Shown here in pieces: positions 38,659-48,225 of a DNA stretch of 64,000 nucleotides. Position numbers and translations under genes: made by a program. Position 1 is the first letter of the stretch. The number at the start of each line of letters is the position of its first letter. The notes beneath the pieces are model-generated. The model was not told where the DNA came from, ran no database searches, and saw only the letters and a program-made list of their open reading frames with translations. This stretch comes from a virus (Duplodnaviria; Caudoviricetes). The DNA is taken from positions 90,413-154,412 of IMG/VR virus record IMGVR_UViG_3300001598_000033, one strand, 5' to 3'.

Positions 38659-39516
38659 ATGAAACATCATTATACCAATGAGCTTGAGTTGAAATCACTC
38701 ATTATAAGGGTAAAGCAAACAAGGAAGGTGGATAATACCGTAAAATCATCCCAAGTATTAGCCAGAACCGATAAAGAAACTGTTAAAAGGAATAATATTA
38801 TTAATAAGTATATTAAATGGTATACTAAAATATTAAATAGAAAAAATACAAATATTGATTCATCCAAAGTGAAAAGGGTGCAAAATAAATTAAAGGATAA
38901 GGTAATTAAGTTATCTGAGGATTGCTGTATCGATAAAAATACGTATGAACGATTTGGGTATGTTATAATGCAAATGATTAGCCATATAATGACCAAATCC
39001 CAATTTAGAGGATATTCTTACCAGGATGATTTTACTAGTGATGCTGTGTATAAAATCCTTAAGTATTTGGATAATTTTGACCATACAAAAATATCGAAAA
39101 TATCCGGGCAAAATGTATCAGCGTTTAGTTATATTACACAGATTATCCATAATTCTTTCTTATTCATAATATTAAAGAAAAAGAAAGATCAAGAATTTAT
39201 AACAGAACAAATGATACTTAAAAGAGCTGAGATGGGATTAAGTACTGATGGGTTTGTATTTGATAAATTTGAGAATAAACCAGTTATTGAACCTGTTGTG
39301 GTAAGACTAGAATTAGGTGAAAATAGCAATTTATGTTATGAATGTATGAATGTAATTGAAATACATAAAGCTAAATTGGTTGATAAAAATTATAAGTTAA
39401 TAATAGAATATATTGAAAATGATGAATATCCACTAAATATCGAAGATATAGCCTTTATTCATAATGTTAAAAAATCTTATAAGAATGTAGAAATAAAGGG
39501 TATAGATAATGACTAA
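38659..39516 (+). CDS. gp55: Late-transcription sigma factor
   Basis: FRGYSYQDDF.SDA, KYLDNFD, AFSYITQII.NSF. Confidence 0.9.
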   Translation: MKHHYTNELELKSLIIRVKQTRKVDNTVKSSQVLARTDKETVKRNNIINKYIKWYTKILNRKNTNIDSSKVKRVQNKLKDKVIKLSEDCCIDKNTYERFGYVIMQMISHIMTKSQFRGYSYQDDFTSDAVYKILKYLDNFDHTKISKISGQNVSAFSYITQIIHNSFLFIILKKKKDQEFITEQMILKRAEMGLSTDGFVFDKFENKPVIEPVVVRLELGENSNLCYECMNVIEIHKAKLVDKNYKLIIEYIENDEYPLNIEDIAFIHNVKKSYKNVEIKGIDND

Positions 39517-39772
39517 CATTGATTTCAGAGACGTAGATATTAAGTATGCATATTTAATTAAGGATTGTTTAGAATATGTTTTAAATGTAAGGAGGGTTCA
39601 TCCAGAAGAAGAAATAATTGATATTATTATGACTTTTTGTTTTGAGAAAAATATAGACCCTGAGGAGATGGGAGATGCTATTTCTCAAGATGAATATTTT
39701 AAACAGTTAGTTAAACTTGATGTAGTTGCAACTGATAAAGAAGAATCTAATTTAGATTTAGATGATTGGTAA
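39509..39772 (+). CDS. Late promoter co-activator (gp33-like)
   Basis: IDIIMTFC.EKNIDPEE pattern; acidic-aromatic C-terminal clamp-binding-like tail (LDLDDW); follows gp55. Confidence 0.55.
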   Translation: MTNIDFRDVDIKYAYLIKDCLEYVLNVRRVHPEEEIIDIIMTFCFEKNIDPEEMGDAISQDEYFKQLVKLDVVATDKEESNLDLDDW

Positions 39773-39890
39773 AATATTTTTTATTAAAAAATTTGATGTA
39801 GATTATATTTTTTTAGAAAAAATTATAAATAATATATATATGATATATCATAATTGACAATATAAAATTATTGTAAATAGGAGAACGACT

Positions 39891-39977
39891 ATGAGATTAT
39901 TTTTAAAGAAGGTTACTTCAGTGAAATTACCACCATTTACTAAGGATTATCATTTCTCTTACGTTAAGAGAGATTAA
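39891..39977 (+). CDS. 28-aa small ORF (not in the ORF track)
   Basis: SD AGGAGA; MRLFLKKVTSVKLPPFTKDYHFSYVKRD; TATAAATA at 39824. Confidence 0.4.
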   Translation: MRLFLKKVTSVKLPPFTKDYHFSYVKRD

Positions 39978-40058
39978 TAACAAAGGCTACTAATATTAAA
40001 TAACTATACTATACCTTATACTATAAGGAGTATAAATAATTTAAAATAAGGATATAGT

Positions 40059-40610
40059 ATGGAATCAACAAAACTAACGAAATTAAAACAAATTAAGGAA
40101 GTGGATTTGGATTCATTAGAACAACTTAAATCCACTTCCATTTCTTATGCACGTGAAAAAATATCTGAATTGCAACAAGGTATATGCCCTTTGTGTGGCA
40201 ATACTGTAGTTCGTCCTGTTTTAGATCATCAACATAAACAAAGAAAATCAGACCCTAATGGTATTAATGGTAATGGCTTAATCCGTGGCGTACTTTGTAG
40301 TGATTGTAATAGTACTGAAGGAAAAATTTGGAATGCAATTGGACGCTATTTAGGTGCTAGAGATGTTCAAAGCAGAGTTAAATTCCTTCAAAATTTAATT
40401 GAATATTACCAATCAGGATACTATCCTTTAATACATCCAAATGAAGCAATTAAAGAAAAGGATGTATCTAAACTCAATTTTAATAAATTAAATAAATTAT
40501 ATAAATTAAAATATCCTAAAAAGAAACCTTTAGTATACCCAAAATCTAAAAAATTAACAAAACAATTAAAAGTACTATTTGAGGAATTTAACATTAGTCC
40601 ATATAACTAA
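40059..40610 (+). CDS. gp49: Recombination endonuclease VII
   Basis: CPLCG, LDHQH, GLIRGVLC..CN..EGK, IHP; late promoter at 40031. Confidence 0.9.
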   Translation: MESTKLTKLKQIKEVDLDSLEQLKSTSISYAREKISELQQGICPLCGNTVVRPVLDHQHKQRKSDPNGINGNGLIRGVLCSDCNSTEGKIWNAIGRYLGARDVQSRVKFLQNLIEYYQSGYYPLIHPNEAIKEKDVSKLNFNKLNKLYKLKYPKKKPLVYPKSKKLTKQLKVLFEEFNISPYN

Positions 40611-40634
40611 TGAAAGGTATAAGGGTGATTAAAT

Positions 40635-41015
40635 ATGCTTGGTATATTTTCTAATATTAAAATAATAAGTATAATACTAATTATAGTATTCATCGGCTCG
40701 CTATGTGCTTATAATATATACCTTAGAAATGAAAATGAAGAATTAACTACTAAAAATATAAAATTAAACGAAGATCTCAGGCAAACTAAAATTGATATAG
40801 AAGATATTAAAAAAATTAATATTAATTTATATAATAATAATATTAAATTAAAAAATGAATCCAATGATTTAAATAAAAAATTAAGTAAGTTATCTAATAT
40901 TGATAAGATGGCCCAAAAACACCCAAAGATGTTAGGCGATATTTTAACTAATGCATCTAAAGAAGTTAATAGATGTTTTGAGAATATTACAAGGGGTGAA
41001 GAATGCGAACCTTAA
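40635..41015 (+). CDS. Inner-membrane spanin (Rz-like)
   Basis: N-terminal TM helix, coiled coil, C-terminal Cys; overlaps a lipoprotein gene. Confidence 0.75.
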   Translation: MLGIFSNIKIISIILIIVFIGSLCAYNIYLRNENEELTTKNIKLNEDLRQTKIDIEDIKKININLYNNNIKLKNESNDLNKKLSKLSNIDKMAQKHPKMLGDILTNASKEVNRCFENITRGEECEP

Positions 41016-41305
41016 GGACTTTGACATGGACTATTATTACATTATGCATTATACTTGTGATTTGTAGTTTATCTGGATGTACAAACACCACCAGCAGAAC
41101 ACTTTTAGATTTGCCATACCCCGAACCAGTAACAATGCTTGACTATAATATTTCTGTATATACAATTAATGATGAAGCCAAAATATGTGTTAGTGGAGAA
41201 GGATATGAAAATATGTCTAAAAACATGATGGAATTAAAACGATATATTATACAACAAAGAACAATTATTGAATCTTATAAAAAATATTATGAAAATAATA
41301 ATTAA
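41003..41305 (+). CDS. Outer-membrane spanin (Rz1-like lipoprotein)
   Basis: Signal peptide with lipobox LSGC; Pro-rich segment; ELKRYIIQQ. Confidence 0.75.
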   Translation: MRTLRTLTWTIITLCIILVICSLSGCTNTTSRTLLDLPYPEPVTMLDYNISVYTINDEAKICVSGEGYENMSKNMMELKRYIIQQRTIIESYKKYYENNN

Positions 41306-41344
41306 ATTATAAATAATAAAAAGAGTTAAAAAAAGGGGGAAAAA

Positions 41345-41626
41345 ATGTTTGCTATAAGTATATATATCGGGGTAGTAGTATTGGTTGTAATAGGGCCATT
41401 ATTTGCATTATTCGCGTTTTGGAAGTATAAAAAATTAGAAAAATTAGTTGAAGGAACACGCAAGGATTTAACTGATTGCCAATATAGTATTGAGGTTATT
41501 AATGCTCAACTAGACTCCTTTCGAGATACAATCAAAAGAATAGATACACAAATTACAGATTTGGAAACCAAAGTATCCACAAAGACTAGAACCAAAGGTA
41601 CAAGAGTACTAAAAAATAAGGAATAA
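41345..41626 (+). CDS. Membrane-anchored coiled-coil protein
   Basis: N-terminal TM helix; late promoter at 41308. Confidence 0.6.
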   Translation: MFAISIYIGVVVLVVIGPLFALFAFWKYKKLEKLVEGTRKDLTDCQYSIEVINAQLDSFRDTIKRIDTQITDLETKVSTKTRTKGTRVLKNKE

Positions 41627-41633
41627 TATAAAT

Positions 41634-42209
41634 ATGGGATTTAATTCTTTCAGGACAGCATTATCAGAAAATAGTATCGATGGTATTAGTACTAACGATG
41701 TAATACAATGCATAATGGATATAGTTACTAATGAAATGGATCCAGAATGTGTAGATGAATTTGGTTTTTATTTATATAGTATGTATTTTTCAGATGGTTT
41801 GGATGATCTGGAAAATGATTATTATGAATTCACACCAAATGATATAAAAGATATGCTAGATGCTATATCCAAAGAAGATGATTCCATTTACCTTTTAGAT
41901 GATATTTTAGGCTCATTAGTTTTAGATGAATTTGATGATGATAGTATCAATGAGTCTTTAATGGAAAGTGTAACTCCATATATGAAAGCATCTAACAGAA
42001 ATCTTAAGAAACGTAAATTTATGGCTAATTCTAAAATGTATTTATTTAGAACTAAACAGGAACGTAAGCGTGAAAATTTATTAACTAAAAATAAAAGACA
42101 TAGAGAATATTTAGTTAATAAAACCAGAATCTCACAATATCAAAAATCCAGAGAAAATAGCATTAAAAAGCATTTACATATAGTGAAGTTACGTAGAAAG
42201 GTTGGATAA
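41634..42209 (+). CDS. Probable internal head protein (acidic N-half, basic C-half)
   Basis: MGFNSFRTALSE leader; INE-S and LME-S sites before a very basic tail. Confidence 0.55.
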   Translation: MGFNSFRTALSENSIDGISTNDVIQCIMDIVTNEMDPECVDEFGFYLYSMYFSDGLDDLENDYYEFTPNDIKDMLDAISKEDDSIYLLDDILGSLVLDEFDDDSINESLMESVTPYMKASNRNLKKRKFMANSKMYLFRTKQERKRENLLTKNKRHREYLVNKTRISQYQKSRENSIKKHLHIVKLRRKVG

Positions 42210-43287
42210 AATGATTTATGATTATAAAGCTAAAGGATTTAGAAAATTCTTAATTGAGAATGAAGTTAGTAAAATGAGCGCTGTGGATGATTCTCCAAAA
42301 CTAACATCTAAAGTGGATAAAACAGTACTTAATTTATTAGCCCAACACAAAAAAGAAGTTGATAAGAAATTTGATCCAAGTGATTTAAAAGGTACAGCTA
42401 AAGAATTAAAAACTTTATATAATTGGACTAAAACTAAAGCGGACCCTGCGTCAGGTAAAAAAGACAATAAAGCAAGTTCAATATTGAAAAAAGTGCAAAA
42501 ACTTCAAGATAAAGAAAAGGGTGAAGAAGATTCCAAAGATATCGAGAAAAAGAAAGATTCAAAAGATGCAGAGGAACAGGAAAAGGCTAAAGAAAAGGGT
42601 GAAGGTGAAGAAGGCATAAAAGAAGATCCAGAAGATAAAGTTTTAGATGATGTAGATGTTAAGAAAGAGCAAGAGCAACGTGTAGAGAAAGTAACCAAAC
42701 AGGATGTTAAGAAACATAAAGAAGTACGCACACAAGCAATAGAAGACTTAATGGATGATATGAGTCCTAATGATGAAAAGGAAGTTAAAAATAAATTCCT
42801 TGATGCCGGCATTAAATTAGGTAAAGGCCCTATTAAAGATGTGTTAAATGCTATGGCTTCGATGTTGGGTATTGATTCTGAAGTATCTAAAATGGTGGAT
42901 GATCTTGTAAGCGACGCTGAAAAACTCAAAGAATTTACAGAGAAGGCTAAATCAAATAAAGAAGATGCCATATCCCAGTGTAAAAAAGAATTAAAAGATA
43001 ATAAAGATAATTACAATCAAGTTATAAAACAAATAGATGATAATCTTAAAAAGAAGGATATTTCACCAGAAGATAAAGCAAAACTTAAAAAACTGAAAGA
43101 AGACGCTACAGCAAAGTACGAAGAAAATAAACGTATTATTAAAGATAATATGATGAAAAAGGTAAGTAAATATAATAAGATATTAGGATTAGAAGATAAA
43201 AAAGCTAGCATTTATCTTAAGGATGAAGAAGAAGGTGCTGATACTGATGAAGAATCTAAAGACGATGATGAAAATAAAACTGAATAA
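42202..43287 (+). CDS. Highly charged coiled-coil protein, possible internal head protein
   Basis: KGFRKFLIE-N leader; K/D/E-rich. Confidence 0.55.
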   Translation: MDKMIYDYKAKGFRKFLIENEVSKMSAVDDSPKLTSKVDKTVLNLLAQHKKEVDKKFDPSDLKGTAKELKTLYNWTKTKADPASGKKDNKASSILKKVQKLQDKEKGEEDSKDIEKKKDSKDAEEQEKAKEKGEGEEGIKEDPEDKVLDDVDVKKEQEQRVEKVTKQDVKKHKEVRTQAIEDLMDDMSPNDEKEVKNKFLDAGIKLGKGPIKDVLNAMASMLGIDSEVSKMVDDLVSDAEKLKEFTEKAKSNKEDAISQCKKELKDNKDNYNQVIKQIDDNLKKKDISPEDKAKLKKLKEDATAKYEENKRIIKDNMMKKVSKYNKILGLEDKKASIYLKDEEEGADTDEESKDDDENKTE

Positions 43288-43374
43288 ATAACCTATTATA
43301 GATAATTTTTATTTTAAATCCTTTTATTATATAATATAATTATATTAAATATTAGTTAATAAAAGGATTTTTTT

Positions 43375-44292
43375 ATGGAAGTAAAGAATGTAGGTAATTC
43401 AGTTTGGTATCATAAGTATAATCCAGAGTTTTTAGAAGATGTAATTCTTCCACCAACATTAAAAGAAAGATTACAAAAAGCTGTTAAATCAGGTAAATTA
43501 CCAAATTTAGGATTTTGGTCAATGAGCCCAGGATTGGGAAAATCAAGCACTGCAAGGGCTTTAATCCACAGTTTAGATGCAGATTCAATGTTTATAAACG
43601 CATCTAATGAAAAGGGTATTGATGTATTAAGAAATAAAATTTACAACTTTGCTTGTTCAGAAAGCTTTGATGATAAACCAAAAGTAATTGTAATGGATGA
43701 AGCAGATTATATTACAAAAGATGCACAAGTAGCATTTCGTAGTTTTTTGGATGAACATAGTGCAAACTGCTCATTTATATTTACAGGCAATTATAAATCA
43801 AAAGTAATCGAACCTTTACTTAATCGCCTTGAAAATTATGATTTTGGAGAATTTAAACCTGAAGATATGAAGATGCCAATTTACAATAGATTGACATGGA
43901 TATTAGAACAAGAAGGTATTGAAATTACCCAAGAAGTTAAGGTATGTGTGTGTAATATCATTAAATCTTATTACCCAAGTATTCGTTCTATGATTAGTGG
44001 AATTGAGAGATTAGCATCCACAGGTAATTTCGTAGTTGATACAGTAAATACAAGTTTTGATGACATTATAAATACTATGAAATCAAAAAATTATTTAGAA
44101 TTAGTTTCTAAGGTTAATGCTTTACCAAATCCGGATGCTATGTTTGAATTCTTATATAATAATATTAATATATTTAAAAATATACCAAATTCAATTATAG
44201 CTATTGCAGATGGTCAGTATAAAAGTGAAACAGTACGAGATAAGAATTTAAATTTATGCGCAACATTAGTTAATTTATCTCAATGGATTTAA
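43375..44292 (+). CDS. gp44: Clamp loader large subunit
   Basis: W..KY.P, SPGLGKSS, INAS, VMDEAD, FIFTGN. Confidence 0.93.
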   Translation: MEVKNVGNSVWYHKYNPEFLEDVILPPTLKERLQKAVKSGKLPNLGFWSMSPGLGKSSTARALIHSLDADSMFINASNEKGIDVLRNKIYNFACSESFDDKPKVIVMDEADYITKDAQVAFRSFLDEHSANCSFIFTGNYKSKVIEPLLNRLENYDFGEFKPEDMKMPIYNRLTWILEQEGIEITQEVKVCVCNIIKSYYPSIRSMISGIERLASTGNFVVDTVNTSFDDIINTMKSKNYLELVSKVNALPNPDAMFEFLYNNINIFKNIPNSIIAIADGQYKSETVRDKNLNLCATLVNLSQWI

Positions 44293-44353
44293 AAATTAAA
44301 AACTTCTCCTTGATAATAAATAAAAATAAAAACCGTTAAAAACTAATAATTTT

Positions 44354-44380
44354 AATCCTATCATTTGATAGGATTTTTTT
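44354..44380 (+). terminator. Intrinsic terminator
   Basis: AATCCTATC-ATTT-GATAGGATT plus T run. Confidence 0.85.
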
Positions 44381-44459
44381 GCCTTATTTTTATATTTTTA
44401 ATTTTATTTAAAGTATTATTATAAATATTAAATAAAAATTAATAATAAGGAAATTTTGC

Positions 44460-45677
44460 ATGAATTTTAAGAATTTCAAAGATTATGTTTTTCAGAATCT
44501 AAGTGAGGCTGTCGTTAACAAGCATAGTACACACATCGAAGAAAATTTCTTGGTGAATGGTAAACAAGGCCTTTTAGATGCGGTTGAGGGATTACAGTAT
44601 ATTATTGATACAATCGGCACAGGTAAACCTGATGTAAGTACTAAGATTGATGGAGCTCCTGCAGTTATATTTGGTTGGAGTAAAGATGGGTTCTTTGTAT
44701 CTACTAAGGCTATCTTTAACAAAACACCTAAAATTAATTACAGCAATGATGATATCAACAATAATCACGAAGGTGGGTTAGCTGATACCCTAAAAGTTGC
44801 TTTAGAATACCTAAGAGATATCACACCAAAGGATGGTTCTGTGTACCAAGGTGATATACTATTTACAAAATCTAGTTTAAAATCAATTAGTGTAGACGGT
44901 AAAGCTTGCTATGCATGGCATCCAAACACAATTGTATACACTGTGGAAAAAGATTCAGATTTAGGTAAGGCTGTAGGGAATGCAGAATTTGGTATTGCAG
45001 TACATACAAGATATACTTGGCAAGACTCAGACCCTACAACATTATCAGTTGGTGGTTTTGGAGTAAACAAGAGTGTATTTAAGGATTCTAAAGATGTGTT
45101 TATGATTGACACTGTATCCAACCTTACAAACAGCAAAGCTTGTTTCGATCCAAAAGAAGCAAAGGAACTAGAAAAGATCCTTTCAAGTATCAAGGCATAT
45201 GGTAATAAGATCAAGTGGAATGAAATTAACGATGAACGTGCTTCGCATTTAATGACATTCTTCAACACTTACATTAGAGCAGGATCTCCAATGCCAAATC
45301 CTAAGAAACGTGAAGATGAATGGGTTGCATACATTACAACTAAAGCCAATAATGAAATTGAAAAGAAGAAAACAGAAAAGGGTAAGGAAACAGCAAGACA
45401 GAAGTTCGCTGATGTGTTGAATTTTAAAGGCTTAACTGCTATATTCGAAGTATTCGATTTAATTACTAAAGCTAAGTTAATGATCCTTAACCAATTAAAT
45501 AAAATGAAGATGTACAACAACTTTGTACTTACAACTAACGGTGATTATATTCCAACTAAGGATGAAGGTTTTGTATGCGTACAAACTGGTTCTAAAGGTT
45601 GTAAGTTGGTTGACCGTTATGAATTTTCTAGAAATAATTTCTCTAAAGATATAGTTGCAGGTTTTGATAAAGGCTAA
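44460..45677 (+). CDS. DUF6267-like protein with ligase-like motifs; probable internal virion protein
   Basis: HSTHIEE, TKIDGAPAV, YQGD, PNTIVY, EGFV, KLVDR.EFS; leader MNFKNFKDY...LSE-A; late promoter at 44420. Confidence 0.65.
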   Translation: MNFKNFKDYVFQNLSEAVVNKHSTHIEENFLVNGKQGLLDAVEGLQYIIDTIGTGKPDVSTKIDGAPAVIFGWSKDGFFVSTKAIFNKTPKINYSNDDINNNHEGGLADTLKVALEYLRDITPKDGSVYQGDILFTKSSLKSISVDGKACYAWHPNTIVYTVEKDSDLGKAVGNAEFGIAVHTRYTWQDSDPTTLSVGGFGVNKSVFKDSKDVFMIDTVSNLTNSKACFDPKEAKELEKILSSIKAYGNKIKWNEINDERASHLMTFFNTYIRAGSPMPNPKKREDEWVAYITTKANNEIEKKKTEKGKETARQKFADVLNFKGLTAIFEVFDLITKAKLMILNQLNKMKMYNNFVLTTNGDYIPTKDEGFVCVQTGSKGCKLVDRYEFSRNNFSKDIVAGFDKG

Positions 45678-45727
45678 CCCTTTATTATTCTCAATTAGTT
45701 ATATTTGATTATTTACTCTTCTTTTTT

Positions 45728-45758
45728 AAATCCTATCGAAAGATAGGATTTTTTTTTT
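45728..45758 (+). terminator. Intrinsic terminator
   Basis: Identical hairpin to 19051. Confidence 0.9.
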
Positions 45759-45810
45759 GTTTATATTAATATTTTTTATTAATATTATTATATAAGAAAT
45801 TGAAAAAAAA

Positions 45811-45911
45811 TTAAAAAAAAAATTTGAAAAAAGTGTTGACTTTTATTTTAAAGTATGCTATAATATATACATAAAGATAAGGAATTAAAGAGAAATTTAA
45901 GAGGTAACGAT
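45811..45911 (+). promoter_or_regulatory. Early sigma70 promoter cassette
   Basis: TTGACT(45836)-17 nt-TATAAT(45859), extended -10. Confidence 0.9.
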
Positions 45912-46574
45912 ATGCAAAGTATTAAAGAAATAATAGCAATCTTGGAAAGCATTTTCGATAAGGCTAACGAAAAGTTCTACGACGGTAAGGTTATTAAACC
46001 AGTAATCACAGTACAAACAGCACGTAGAGGTGTGTTAGGATGGTGTTCTTGCAATCGTATCTGGAATAACGAAGAAACTAATGAAAAAGCTTATGAAATC
46101 AACATTGTTGCAGAACAACTAACACGTTCAATCAATGAAGTAGTTGGCACAATGTTACATGAAATGGTACATCTTTACAATCTCCAAAATGGCATCAAAG
46201 ATTGTACCGCTCAACAGTATCATAACAAACATTTTAAGAACTGTGCATTAGAACATGGATTGAAGTTAATATTCAATAGAGCAGATGTAAACAGAGGTTA
46301 CTCTTACACAGAATTAAATGATGAAGGATTAGCATTCGTTAAGGAAATGGGTCTAGAAGACTTCAAAATCAACAGAGGTATTAAGAAGGAAGGGGACTCA
46401 GAAACTCCAAAAGTGCCTAAGGCACCAAGACTTCCAGTTAATACAAAAACATACACATTCGAATGCGATTGCGGTATCAAAATCAAGCACAAGGATAAAG
46501 AATTAAATGTTACTTGTGGTTTATGTAAGACAAGATTTATGCTAAAGACCAAGTCTGGCAAGGTAGGTAAATAA
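45912..46574 (+). CDS. SprT-like zinc metalloprotease with C-terminal Zn ribbon
   Basis: TMLHEMVH, YHNKHF, CDCG...CGLC. Confidence 0.85.
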   Translation: MQSIKEIIAILESIFDKANEKFYDGKVIKPVITVQTARRGVLGWCSCNRIWNNEETNEKAYEINIVAEQLTRSINEVVGTMLHEMVHLYNLQNGIKDCTAQQYHNKHFKNCALEHGLKLIFNRADVNRGYSYTELNDEGLAFVKEMGLEDFKINRGIKKEGDSETPKVPKAPRLPVNTKTYTFECDCGIKIKHKDKELNVTCGLCKTRFMLKTKSGKVGK

Positions 46575-48184
46575 TGAAATTTGAAGCTATATGGCAAGAC
46601 AGAAGCCAATGGAAATACTTAGCGAGGTTAAATGATGGGGAGACTACTAAGGTGGTCGAAGTCCCTTCACAGTTTGAGTACTATGTACAACATAGCAAAG
46701 GTACTTACAAATATGTTTTAGACCAAAGTATTTCACTTCTTAAACGACTAGGCACATCTAAAGATGCTAAGGATCAGTTTGGTGTTGTCAACCCTATGTA
46801 CCGATATATTAGGGATAATTACTGGGGTAAGGGATATAACTTATCACCTAGGGTATGGTATCTTGATATTGAAACTAGAGCTGATGGTGCATTCCCAAAA
46901 CCAGAGTTAGCAGAAAAGCAAATTACATTAATCCAGATATTTGATAATAAGTTAGAGACAATGATTATATTTGGGTTGCGTGATTTTGAGATGGAGAAGG
47001 GATATGAATTACCTTATAAAGTAAAGTATATTAAATGTACTGATGAATTTGAACTTTTAAATAAATACCTTACAGTATTTAAAAAGTTAGACCCTTTAAT
47101 TATCCATGCATGGAATGGATTAGGTTTTGACTATCCATATATTCATAATAGATTAAAGAATTTGGGTATAGATCCGAATTTAATGTCTAACTATGGTAAG
47201 GTGGAGTATTCTGCAAACACAGATAATAAAACTCAAAAATTAATGTTTGATTTCACAGCACATGGCCATTACTATATTGATATGTTAGATGCATATAAGA
47301 ATTTCACATTTGATGTTAAATCGTCTTATGCATTGGATTTTATATCTAATATAGAGTTAGGTGAAGGTAAGGTAGACCATAGTGAGTTTACAACATTTGA
47401 TTCATTTTATACTGGTGAGTCATACCAAATATCTAATACATCTTATGATGATAAAGTGCGTGAGGAAATCCGTCAATTAAAAATAAAAGAACGTAATAAC
47501 GAAAATTATGATAACGATAGATTGTTAAAATTACTGCAATTTCAATTCGTATATTATGGTATTAAGGATGTGTACTTACTTAAACGATTGGATATGAAAA
47601 TGAATCTTACTAATATTATGTTAGGTATGGCTCAAAAAATGGGGTGTTTGGTAAGTGATACTATGGGTACCATTAAACCTTGGAGTACATATATTAACAA
47701 TGTATGTAATAGTAAGAACCTAGTATTTCCTCCTAGACAAGAGCATGAAAAATCTGATTTAAAAGGCGGGTTTGTGAGAAAACCTGTGAAGGGTAGACAT
47801 AAATGGGTTTTATCATTTGACTACAACTCGATGTACCCCATGAACATGGTTGGATTTAATATGAGTCCAGAAACTTATGTACCATTAGCAAAATGCCCTA
47901 GTGATTTAAGAGATTTAGTAATGAAATACTTTAATTCTCAAGATGAGGATAAAGCGCTAGATGTAAGTCAAGATGTGTGGGATAAAGTGACACCTTTACT
48001 ACAAAAGTATAATTATTCAATGGGTATAAATGGAGCATTATTTGATAAGTCTAAAGAAGGTATAATTCCTAATTTAGTATGGGATATATACACTCAAAGA
48101 AAGAAGGACAAGAAGATAATGTTAAAATATGAAAAACAAAAAGAGGTTATTCAAAAAATTATTTTAGCTAGAAAAAAATCTTAA
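46574..48184 (+). CDS. gp43: DNA polymerase B, N-terminal chain (gp43A: exonuclease, palm A, first finger helix)
   Basis: YLDIET (ExoI), WNGLGFDYPY (ExoII), YGIKDV (ExoIII), SFDYNSMYP (motif A), QRKKDK. Confidence 0.95.
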   Translation: MKFEAIWQDRSQWKYLARLNDGETTKVVEVPSQFEYYVQHSKGTYKYVLDQSISLLKRLGTSKDAKDQFGVVNPMYRYIRDNYWGKGYNLSPRVWYLDIETRADGAFPKPELAEKQITLIQIFDNKLETMIIFGLRDFEMEKGYELPYKVKYIKCTDEFELLNKYLTVFKKLDPLIIHAWNGLGFDYPYIHNRLKNLGIDPNLMSNYGKVEYSANTDNKTQKLMFDFTAHGHYYIDMLDAYKNFTFDVKSSYALDFISNIELGEGKVDHSEFTTFDSFYTGESYQISNTSYDDKVREEIRQLKIKERNNENYDNDRLLKLLQFQFVYYGIKDVYLLKRLDMKMNLTNIMLGMAQKMGCLVSDTMGTIKPWSTYINNVCNSKNLVFPPRQEHEKSDLKGGFVRKPVKGRHKWVLSFDYNSMYPMNMVGFNMSPETYVPLAKCPSDLRDLVMKYFNSQDEDKALDVSQDVWDKVTPLLQKYNYSMGINGALFDKSKEGIIPNLVWDIYTQRKKDKKIMLKYEKQKEVIQKIILARKKS

Positions 48185-48225
48185 GTTATTATATAATAAT
48201 AGAATAATAAAAGGAAATAATTTTT

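Noticed and set aside
48185-48225. Translational bypass (T4 gene 60-like) or sequencing frameshift joining gp43A and gp43B
   Set aside because: The gap has its own SD (AAAGGA) and ATG, no hairpin or matched take-off/landing codon is evident, and the break is at the fingers tip where natural gp43 splits are known.
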